Assembly (NCBI GenBank): GCA_021613535.1
Contig: CP075496.1
Location: 13,640,001-13,704,000 of the forward strand
Length of the DNA stretch: 64,000 nt
Origin: Adineta vaga
Lineage: Eukaryota > Animalia > Rotifera
Direction: 5' to 3'
The notes under the pieces were generated by a model. The model was not told the origin of the DNA, did not search any database, and saw only the letters and a list, made by a program, of their open reading frames with translations. The position numbers and the translations under genes are program-made. Position 1 is the first letter of the stretch. Each line of letters opens with the position of its first letter. Below, in pieces: positions 1-11,443 of this stretch.

Positions 1-1070
1 TTTCGATATCTTTTTCATTGGCAATGAATTTCCACAGTAACACTCTGATCTAAACACATCAATCAAGATTAAAAGTATCCCTCCGTCCATTTCGTACCTA
101 AATTGTAATCCTGCAAAACTAAAATCATGTTCTGCACAATAATTTGTACATAGTACAATGGTCATCGATGATGATGTCAATGGTTTTTCAAGGCCATTCA
201 ACAAACGTTGATAACGATTATCTTTAAAACATCCTATATAACGTGCATTGGAATCTTTGGAATGAACAATCAATATTCCTAGAACAAAATCATATTTTCG
301 ATTCAATTGATTCTAATCAAGAACACGCTTTCGGGTGTTAGTATCAACTCGATTCACATATAAATTACATCATCTATCTTTGTCCCTTATTCTATAATTC
401 ATAAGTAAAGTTCATTGAAGTTACACTACTCTTCTTTATGCAAGTGTCGGATTCTCTTTTCTTTTTAGTTCAGTTTTTTTTCTTCTTCATACACATTTTT
501 ATATGCGGATCATGACAACGAAGAAACATGTACAATTGTATGTATGTGATTCAGTAAACGTCATCCTCTTTCTTCTTGGTCCCTGCTCATGCAAAGGTTA
601 GCTGCACTGACTAAAATAACGTGCGTGTTAAGCAAGTACAAACAAAACATGTAGAACAAAAAAGAAAAATGACGAAAATGAAATTTTAATACGTCGCGAC
701 CACGCCTTCTCATGTATGTGATTTTCCAACAGTTAATTATCTCTTCATTTTGATATTAATTCAAGTAGAACAGAAGAAAGAGAAAATAAACAAAAAATAT
801 TGATCCATAGATTGTCACACTTCCGTTCTCATTTATTTGCCTGTTCATTACCATCAAAAAGTTCGAAAGAAGCCACAAAAAAGGATTAGGAACAAATAGA
901 CATCTCAGTTTTGTTTTTTCCTCAATTTAGTCCTTATGATCAATCAAGATCAAACGATATTTATTCAACTAAATTACCGAACATCGAAATCTAAGCGAAC
1001 TCAAAACAATCTTTTTTGTAGAAAACTTACCTTCGAGTAGAAGAAGTAATGCAAGTACAACTTTGAGCAT
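1..1070 (-). CDS. Secreted/membrane WSC-domain protein (5' part; runs off the window start)
   Basis: Exon 1031-1070 encodes signal peptide MLKVVLALLLLLE followed by a GTAAG donor. Exon ~99-279 reads ARYIGCFKD...MTIVLCTNYCAEHDFSFAGLQF and the next exon ECYCGN, the WSC cysteine pattern. Confidence 0.85.
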
Positions 1071-1514
1071 ATTGATAGAGGGTCGAGAAGTATTGTTTCA
1101 ATATTCGAATAAGTTCGATGGTATTAGTGATTTTTGTTCTATATGAAAATCATATACCTACTTCTGATTCTCATCGAAAAGAGGAAGGACATATTGTGAC
1201 AGTAGTCATCTTCTTTTATGCTTTTACTTTTATCATCTTTTCTCTTTTCTCTCTTTCTTCTCTCTTCTCTCTATGATGATCGAATAGATAGATTATTAGT
1301 GTTCCTCCCGCCTTCGTTCACTAAGCCAAATGACAACGAGCAATTCTCTCTCTCTCTCCCTCTATCAATGGCTGTGATAAAAGGTGAACGAAATATGTAC
1401 GTGCTTCGTCAATAATAATCCCTTCCTCTGATTCACAAAAAATCATTAGTTCGATTTATCATAAAGGCAAAATACGAATCACATTAAAAAACTGTGTTTT
1501 ATTTAAAAATAAAA

Positions 1515-2166
1515 TTACAAAAAATGACGTGGAACAATCGTTGATGTTGGTACTTTATTGCACAAAGGTATTGAATGAATCATTGTTAATGCTTGATCTA
1601 TACAAAAATCGCCAAATATATCTTCCGGATTTTGATCTTGAAAATAGATTTGATTGATAATAGCTAATTGAAGTTGATCTTCTAGAAAAAAAGAAAGCTT
1701 TTTTCGTTTTCTTTATTCGAATAAAAACGAAAGAAACTTACTTTTTGCCCAATGAGGAATTTTCTTTTTTCGACGACGAATTGTAGCCAATTGTGTACTA
1801 TTCAATTCATCTTCATGTAAAATTGTCATGTCATAATTAGAAGTTGTTTTGCATACTGAATGTGATCTGTCATCAGGATTAACCTCTTGAATAATGTTTG
1901 ATCTAATTCGTAAATAATTAGATTGAAAAGAAAGTAACAAAACTAAACATAAGACAACTTACCCTTTTATACGTCGAAAGCGATGTATTGAGACTTGTTG
2001 ATGTTGAACAGTAGAAGAACGTTTTTGCCAAAATAACGAGAGAGAAAGATTTCACAGCAGATTTACGATTTTTTGATTCTGTTGAAGGAAAACACTAGAA
2101 TAAACAGATATGATTTGTAAATACTTGTAAGAAAGATGAACATACGGAATATGATGAGATTGGCAT
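1515..2166 (-). CDS. Small protein consisting mainly of an INCENP IN-box (Aurora-kinase-binding) region
   Basis: Exons 1742-1902 and 1515-1681 join in phase to give SNYDM...RKKKIPHWAKKDQLQLAIINQIYFQDQNPEDIFG, resembling the IN-box NYGM...RKPIPTWAR...LSQAIIHQYY...LFG. 5' exons (2146-2166, ~1963/1973-2094) have an ambiguous phase. Confidence 0.7.
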
Positions 2167-2559
2167 GATGAACGATTGATTGAGAAGAAGAAGAATATCC
2201 TATGAATGATATCGATGTTCTACATTATATTTAAAGACGTTAATTGACATCAAACTGTTTGAAATTTAGTCTAATCAAGAAAATTGTTTTATGAAGTGTA
2301 ATTAGGAAAGAAATCAATTACAATTGATTGATATTGACGTACTCAGATCAAAAGGATATGGGTGGTTATTTACTACTTCGATGTTTTTATTCAAACCAAT
2401 TGAATTATTGGACATTTCAATGTGTGAATCAATGACATCTGCTTGTGGTGATAGAACGAAAAAAAGTCATGGTATAAACATATTGTAGAATAGACTAATC
2501 AAATCATAGATAGTCACTATTCTTTACATACACAGTAGAAAAACCTTATATTTGATGGT

Positions 2560-3682
2560 ATGGAAAGTTTATCGAATGTTTCCAAAGGTTTGATAGGAAT
2601 TGCATATCTTCCTCATGGTACAATGTTATTAGATCGTACTCGAAAAGATCTTCCAAATGGTGTTGAACAGCTTCATGAAACTTGTATGAAAATTAGTGAA
2701 AAAATTGCAGAATTAAATCCCGATCTTGTGATTCTTTTAACTCCACATGGACTTAATCTTCATCAAAGTTTTAATATTTATCAACCAAGTGTTTCATCAT
2801 GTCGAGCAAGTGGAAATGCTGAATGGAATGATCAATGGAAAGATTATAGTGTTGATGTCAGTATCGATGGTGATGCATCTCAGCAATTATATTCATATTT
2901 GAGACAACGAATGTCCAAAGTTGAAGCAATGTTATCATTTGGTGGAATAAGTACACCATTACGATGGGGTGAAGTTGTACCACTTTATTTTGTTTTACAT
3001 CAAATAGCTTCGAATATACATGGAAGTACAAGTTCATTGAAACATGTGTCAATTCCTTCATCACCTAAAGTAATTATCATTGCACAACCTGCAAAAGGTT
3101 CAACAGGTATTATTAAATTTAACAGATGGATATATTTATAAGTTTAATTTAGTGGAAGAACGAGAATCTTATATGGTGGAACAACGTTCTATTCTAGTAG
3201 AATTCGGACATTTACTTCGATCATGGTGCGATCAATCATCGAATCGAATACTTTTAGTTGTTAGTGGTGATCAAGCTCATACTCATGCATGGTCTTTACA
3301 ATTACCAACGATTTATCAACCTGATCCATCATGTTTTTCAAAGTTTCCACAAATTGGTACGGAAGAATCAAAATTATTCGATGAAATTATTACCAATTGG
3401 ATTACTGGAAAAAGTTCGAATTGTGAAAATAAATTATATCATTTAGATAAGAGATTATTGATTGATCAAGCTGGTAACATCGAAAAAGTTGCATTAAGTT
3501 GTGGTTATGTTGGCTCATTGACGATGCAAGGTGTCATGGACGAAGAATTAATTCAAAATCAAATTGAAGATTCATCTGAAAAAGTAAATCCATCTGTGAA
3601 TTGGTTATTGACAGATTTTATTTCTTCTTGTCCTACGTATTATGGAATGATGGCTGCATTGTATATACGGAATATGCTTTAG
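2560..3682 (+). CDS. LigB/MEMO-fold class III extradiol dioxygenase-like protein
   Basis: Two ORFs joined by a 46-nt GT-AG intron (3107-3152). Motifs YLPHG, PDLVILLTPHG, LRWGEVVPLYF, LVVSGDQAH, SCG and PTYYGM. Confidence 0.75.
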
Positions 3683-4402
3683 AATAAAACTGATCTTTAT
3701 TGTAATTACGATGATTGGGATTACATGTTATGTTTTGTATACGCTTATTGTTTATAATAACACCTATGTTTTCAAGGTGATAAAAATGTGCACATACTCA
3801 GAGAAAAATAAGTATATCAATAAGAATAGATATACCATAGATTGATAAAAATATTTTTGATATTGAAATAAGTCATGTACAACAATGACTCGTGGAATCT
3901 GTTCAGCTGCTTGATGAAAATATTCTCATAAATATCAGAAAAATCAATATAATTTTATCAAATGTTCGATACTTTTCTGTGTTCATGGGTCAAAATATTG
4001 ACAGATTCGACAAAGAATCACTGAGCACGGGGTGATGACACGTGATAACCTGCACAAACAAAACTGTTAACCTTCAATAATCTACGATAGATTTCTTGTT
4101 TTTGTCAATAATCTACACTCGTGATTTTGTTTTGAATGATCTGATTAGATGACAAACTAGAGAAAAAATAATAACTTATTAAGTCATTGATTGGTATCCT
4201 TGATGGTTTTTACATTTTGATAACACATAACCTTGTTCTGTCAAAACATTTTGCTACATCAAATAATCATGATTATAACTTGAAATCATCTAATTGTTAT
4301 TGTGTTGTTGATTACCTTCGTTTATTTGTTTGTCATTTGGTCGCTTTATATATACTTGTACTTTTTAAGAACATTTTTTTATTTATCTTTAATCTAATCG
4401 AT

Positions 4403-7399
4403 ATGAAGTGGAAGGTCTTATTAGCAAGTTTAATTCTTTTTCTTGGTCTTTCAACTATTCATTGTAAAGTAGTAAAAAACAATGAACGAAAAGAGTTCAA
4501 AGGTGGTAATCATGTTCTTGAGAATGGTCGAATTATCTCGACACCTGTAAGTTTTCTTTACATTGTTATACTTTTATAAATACTGATATTTAACTTTTAA
4601 AGGCGTTAGGATCAATGCCGGTCGATCAAATATCAGCATCTAATTTACAACAAGATGATTATAATCGAGCTAATCTTCCCTATGTTGCATATGGTGACAT
4701 TCTTGTTCCAAAAGAAGAAATTGAATCTTTAGGATTTAAACGGTAGATTTCTTGTTCATAATACTGTTTTTATGTCATTCGCTTTTTTTCTCTCGTCATT
4801 TTAATAAATAGAACTAAACGAAAAGTTATAGCTGAAACCAATCGTTTCGGTTCCAGTAATCGATGGCCTGGTGGTGTTGTTCCTTATGATTTTCTTTCAA
4901 ACATTGGTGAGATATTCATAATAAAAAACAAATCGAATCTATTCTGTTTCATTAAAAACTAGATGATCGAGTACGACAAAAAGTATTGCGAGCAATTCAA
5001 CACTGGCATCAACGTACATGCATTCGTTTTGAACCCTATAATCCACAACGTCACTGGGATATAAGTGCAAAAATTACTATTGAAGATAGAGGATCTGGGT
5101 AGGTATTTCTCTATTGAAATGTGAAATTTCTATGAATAATATTTTTTCAAGATGTGCAACATTTGTTGGCTATCGAGCATCGTCTAATATTCCAACATCT
5201 TATTCAGTTTATTTACCACTTCAATGTTCACTTGGTTCAGCTATCCATGAATTAGGACATGTTATTGGTTTTTATCATGAAATGGCACGAACAGATCGTG
5301 ATCAAGAAATTCTATTAAACTTTAATTTAATGTCAACAACTGATGCAATTCAATATAACATAATGCCTAATCCAATGCCTGGTTATTATGGTCAACCATA
5401 TGATCTTGGTTCGATTATGCAATATTATCCAACAGTAAATAATGTTAAAGAGTCAATTGAAAACTAAACAAATGATTTATTGTAGGATGTAATGAATTCT
5501 CGTGATAGTCGACGTACTTTTCTAATGGGTCAACGTGATGCACTCTCGTATTTGGATGCTAAACTAGCAAATTTAGCCTATCATTGTAGTGATAAATGTT
5601 CGTCACCACCCGATTGCTATAATGAAGGTTATATAGATCAATCTTGTCAATGTATTTGTCCTGATGGTTTTTATGGTAAACAATGTGATCGTTTAGAAGG
5701 TTACTCAGGTACAAAACAATCATTCCTAGATATCTAACAATATTTGTTTTGAATAAATCTTTTGTAGCAGAAAGAAAACTTGCACCTGCGACAACTGAAA
5801 CACCTGAAACAACTTCATCACCATCACCCACAACAACAACAACGGCAACAACAATAACAAAAACAACAGCAACAACAACAACAACAACAGAAACATCAAG
5901 TAAATTTGTATTTTATTCCTTTCATATTCATTTTTTTGAATTAATAACAGCTGATCTTCATTGGCTGGAATGGAGTGAATGGTCAAATTGTAGTGAATCA
6001 TGTGGTAGTGGTATTCGTGTTCGAACTCGTCTATGTTCTAATACAACTATTCAAGGCAGTACTAATCCGTGTACAGCATTAGGTGGTGATTCATTTCAAA
6101 TTGAATCATGTCAAAATCCTGAATGTAATCGTATGTATCGAAATTCTTTCGGATATTTCTTGTAAATCTTTTCGTTTATTTAGAAGCGGATATTCTTCTA
6201 AGTTGTACATTTGATCTTGCTGATGAAAAATGTCCATTGAAAAGTACAGATCAGTTACAAATTGAAAAAGGCAAACAAACAGATCAACTTCGACCTATTA
6301 ATGATCATACACGTGGAGGTAAATGAGAACGATTGATTTTTGTTTTTTCTTGAATAATTCTTCTTTGTTTATAATAGATGGAAAATATCTTCTTCTCATT
6401 CCCAATACCGATCAATCCGATTCTGTTCAATCATTTGAATTAGGTGAATTTTCTCGTTCGGAAAAGAATCATTGTTTACAATTTTGGTATTCAATTAATG
6501 GAAAAGCAATTGGTAAATTAATCATTCTAAAAAATAATACGATTAATTTTACATTAACATTTGATGGACAAAATCGAGGTAGATTTCTTTGAATATTGAA
6601 AGTATGTTTAAGAATTTCAAATTCTACAGATACAAATTGGAAATCAATCGAACAATTAATTTCAGCTGATGATGATTATAAAGTTATTTTGGAATATAAA
6701 TCAAATTCAACAGAAGAAAGTTATATTGCAATTGATGATATTAGTATTATTAATGGTACTTGTCGTATGTATTCAGAAAAAAAAGCAAATAAATTTAAAA
6801 GTATTATGATTTTTCTATTCATAGCTTCGAATAAAATCGATAATCAACAACGTCGAAAACGTAGACAAACAAGTAGAAGTAAGAATTGATTGACTTTCTG
6901 ATAATAGAACTATCTAATATCGACACTTTCTCTTACAAATTAAATACTTTCTTTTATTTCTCTAATTATAGGTATAGGTTGTAGTCGTGTTATCAATCTA
7001 TCACAAACAAATCGAGAAGCATCATTAACATCACCAAATTATCCAAATTTATATCCATCAAATGTACAATGTTATTATTATATAATAGCACCATCATCAA
7101 GTCGTGTCGTACTTGAATTTACTGATTTTAATGTACCTACTTCGAATAGAAATGATTGTGATGATACAATTGAAGTTCGTTATTATCATCTCGGTATGTA
7201 TTATTGAATGTTATTTAAATCATTATTTCAATCGAATATATACTTTCAAGGTCAACCAGGTCCTCGATATTGTGGAACAGGTGCAAATTCGAATAATCTT
7301 CGATATCTAAGTACAAATAATTATATTATGCTCGTGTTTCGATCCAATGAACTTTATGCTGGTCGAGGTTTTCGTGCACAGGCAAAACTTTCTTCATAA
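4403..7399 (+). CDS. Astacin (M12A) zinc metalloprotease with EGF, Thr-rich linker, TSP1, MAM and CUB domains
   Basis: Signal peptide MKWKVLL; HELGHVIGFYHEMARTDRD zinc motif; Met-turn SIMQY; CYNEGYID..CQCICPDGFYG (EGF); WSEWSNCSESCGSG (TSP1); CLQFWY and IAIDDISI (MAM); TSPNYP..Y and GRGFRA (CUB). Multiple short introns. Confidence 0.92.
5828..5889 (+). repeat. Imperfect (ACA)n coding repeat (Thr-rich mucin-like linker)
   Basis: acaacaacaacaacggcaacaacaataaca... inside an astacin exon. Confidence 0.85.
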
Positions 7400-8221
7400 A
7401 AATTTTCTTTCTTTATATTGTAAATAACAAATAAAACCGTGTATCATACAATTTTTTGAAATATTTTAATAAAAAAAAACAACGAAATCTATATTAGACT
7501 TCAATAATGAACGTCTATTTCTTCTTTTTAAGTTTATGACTTTTGCTGCATCATATTCTTACCTTATCAGAACGAATTCATAAATCTTCAAAGAAAATAA
7601 TCCTATCAGTAATTCAAGTGTCACTGATTGGTAAAATAAATACTGATTATTTGATGTTATTGACGACATAGATTTTCATATTTCACAAAAAAATAATCAA
7701 ATTTGTTTCTGCAGAAGACTCGCAGAGTATAAAGAAAACAAAATTCGAATTCAAGTATAGACCAAGATAAAAATATCCGAATTGATATTTATTTTTTCAT
7801 TCTCATTGAAAAAAAACAACAACAAGTATTCATAGACGAACGATATATATATATATATAGAAGAATTCAATCAAGGTATGTAATATAATAATACGATCAT
7901 CATAAATGCTTTTTTTTTTCTTTCGATTTCTTCCTATTTTCTTTCGAGTATAGTAACGACAGCATCACTACTAGCTCAACAATGACATTAAAACAACATT
8001 AACAACAGTAGTCAAAAAAAGCAACAATAACAAAAAAAAAGAATCGTTATAATGCTTGTTCAACATTTTTCTCCTTCATTTCTCAACAACGACAATTGCT
8101 AATTCTCTTTTTTCTTCTTGTCATTCGAAACCATTGAGAATAAATCAAAAAGACATCCACTCTACAAAATTTTCAATCGAAAGGATTTCACCTAAGTAGC
8201 AACCAATCGAACGATTCATGT

Positions 8222-9158
8222 ATGGGTTGTAATGAAAAAATCGCAATTCTTCATTCAACTTGTCCAACAAAATTATCATCTGTAATGGAAATTCATCGAA
8301 AACGTTTTTCACAACTTCATCCAAAATTTCAGCAACAAAAACGTACACCTATTACTCTTCTTCAACCGATTCAACAACCTTTTGTTCGTCCACATATACC
8401 TCCAACTGCTCCACGTCCTCAACCTCGTCAACAAACACGTCCTAAACAATATCAAGATCTACAATTATCGCATCGAGCAAATACAGCTTCTATTAAACAT
8501 CAAAAAAATTCATCAACAGACTCCAATCCTTCTTATATAACATTAGCTAATCTAACAAAAGTTTTACATGTTCTTCAAACAAATGCCAAAATCAGTGATA
8601 GTGAAATATCCATAGAAACAAATACATCAACGACAACAAGTTCAAAACAACGTGTTCAACAACATTTACAAGAAACAGCAACACGTTGGTGGAGACCAAT
8701 TCGATCATCTAATGGTCAATCATCTGTATCAGTATCTACTCGATCAACACGATTACCTGAATCAGATTTACATGAACAACAACCAAATTCTTGTAAACCA
8801 TTGTCATCAACTGTAAGCACTTCTATAATTTTTCGTTTAAAGCAAATAAAATGATTTGTTTTTGTTATAGATCGTTGTTTCAAATTCAAGACAACAACTG
8901 GATATACCCTCTGCCATTGTCAATAGAAATCTTAGTACATCTGATGAATCTGATTCATCAACAGAAATTCAATCAATAACAGAAATCACAAAAATTACTC
9001 AACCTTCTTGTATATCAAATACAAAAAGCACGCGACTGGAACCAATAATAATGCCATCACGTGGAATGCGTCTTTATACAAGTAATCATCAACGTTATTT
9101 CAATACTCCACTTCATTTGAATTTTCTTCAACACAATCGTTTAATTCGTCCAACATAA
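8222..9158 (+). CDS. Hypothetical Ser/Thr/Gln/Pro-rich protein, 2 coding exons
   Basis: 210-aa ORF with genome-typical codon usage; GTAAG donor ~8813 and TAG acceptor ~8870 continue the frame to TAA at 9156-9158. No family recognised. Confidence 0.6.
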
Positions 9159-9993
9159 TTGTAAAAGAATAAACAAATCAATGTAGTTTTTCGTTTATAT
9201 ATTTCTTTGATTACAATCAACATGAATGATTATTTCATTCTTTATGTATTTTGAATAGTGTATCATGTTCTATTTTGCTTCTTACTTTTACTTTGTATTA
9301 TATAATGTTCTTATTTTAAATTAGCACTTTTCATTCATTTATTATAAATAAATTCACATGATATTGTAAAAAATATTCATAGCATTTCAAAATAACTGCA
9401 GAGATGTGTAGAGTCATGAATATCCTGATGATGAAATGATTGATGTGTATTTATAATCGACCATTTGTAGACTCATATACTTAGTGTCATGTGGTAAAGA
9501 TTATAGCTGCTTTTTCTGTCCGGAATTATGAATGATCATTGAATTGAAATATATAGTCTCTCTCTCTCTCTCTCATATGTGAGACTTTGATTTAAACGTT
9601 CGAGTTTACATAGTTCTAGATTTCAGATAGTTCTATATCTATTTCTTTCCTACGTCATCAATACAACATGACGAAAGCCACATCATCGTCGGAAAATCCT
9701 TTTGATTACTATTTTTTCGAAAGATGTCGCTGTAAATCATTGAAAACTACTGATAAAATTCCGTATTATAAAATGAATTTATTTTTCTCAAATATTAATT
9801 CAATTGTTCTATTTGGTTTATGTTTTATATTTTCTGACAAGTCTTGATACCTTGCTTGCTGAATGGTTGATATATGAATGACTAATCATGACGATATTTC
9901 TTTTCTTTCAGTCTTTGTATTGTCGCATATTTACGAAAGAAAAACGTTAACTAGTGCAATAATAATTTCTATATAATTATTCAAGTAGTAAAC

Positions 9994-11050
9994 ATGTCTG
10001 TTTCTAATGATCTTGGACAATGGTATAAAACTATTCCACTAATTACTCGTGTATGGTTTACAGCAGCTGCTGTTGTACCTCTTACAGCTCGATTTGGAAT
10101 ACTTCGACCACAGAATTTGATTCTTTTTATTAATCCAATTATCTATAATTTTCAGGTAGATGTTTTTGTTTTGCATAAAACTATTCATAAATTTCTCTTG
10201 TATTTTTTTTCTTCTTAAGATCTGGCGATTACTCACATGTGTACTCTTCTATCCTGTAGGTTTTAATTATTTAATTAATCTCTTTTTTATCTATCAATAT
10301 AGTACACGTCTAGAAACAAGTAGATAAACTAAATAAAATTCTATCAAATATATTTAAATTTCTCTTTCTTTCAAGGTACATTCAATGGAAAACCAGCTGA
10401 TTATATCTTTTGTCTATGTTTTCTTTGGCTATGTAATGTTATTCTTGGTAGTTTATTATCTATATATGTAAGTAATTGTGGATTTAGAATTAAATACGAA
10501 AAAAAGGATGTATATATATTGATTTGAAGGTATTGACAGATGCATTGATTTTAAGTGTTATTTATATTTGGTGTCAATTGAACAAAGAAACAATGATGTC
10601 ATTTTGGTTTGGAATGCAATTTAAAGCGATGTATATGCCATGGGTAATTTTATTATTCAATTGGATTGTTCGAGGATCGTATGTTCGAATAATTGATTTG
10701 AATTAAAGAAAAAATAAGATATCTTTTTTAATTTAGATTCTTAGTTGAATTATGTGGAATTGTTGTTGGTCATCTTTATTTTTTTCTTGTTTTCAAATAT
10801 CCACAAGATTTTGGTGGTACACGTTTTCTACAAACACCCAATTTTTTGTACGAAGAAATCTTATTCTCATTTGAAGTTTATATTTTCTTTCTTCTCATTT
10901 AGATATCGTTATTTTCCCAACGAACGATCAGGTGTGAGTGGTTTTGGTACTGCACCAATTCCACGTCGTCAAACAGATGCAGAAAACAATGAGGCTAATC
11001 GAGGTCGACAAGTTTTTGGTGGCCGTGGTCATGTTTTGGGTGATCATTAG
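9994..11050 (+). CDS. DERL1: Derlin-1 (ERAD rhomboid pseudoprotease)
   Basis: WYKTIPLITRVWF, FQIWRLLT, YQYSTRLET..F.GKPADY, YIWCQLNKE..MSFWFG.QFKAMYMPW, GHLYFFL.FKYPQDFGG, C-terminal SHP box FGGRGHVLG; 6 exons. Confidence 0.93.
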
Positions 11051-11443
11051 TTTTTGCTTTTTCTTATTGTTGAAAAGTCTGAGTGCATTTCTTAACCGTT
11101 CTTAAAACTAATACTCAATCATTTTGTATGCGTGGTGTGTCTTATAATATTCTTCTATTTGGAAACATCTCAATTTTTTGAATATGGTTTTTTTTGTATG
11201 TTATTTACTCATGCTGATTTTTTATTATCTTTTTATCACTAATCTCAGTTCTATTTTTCTGGAGTATATTATACATCTGGATAGTTATGTTTTATTTTAG
11301 TTGATAATTCTCAATCGACTAAATAGATGATGCAATCAATAATGGATCTTATTTTGTTTTCTTTTTTTGTTCAATAACTCTTATTGAAGATTACTATTAT
11401 TATTATTATTATTATCATCATCATCTGAAAAAGCATTTCGAAA

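Noticed and set aside
9514-9542. TGTCCGGAATTATGAATGATCATTG, reminiscent of a Tc1/mariner terminal repeat
   Set aside because: No partner inverted repeat or transposase nearby; cannot be supported without a repeat search.
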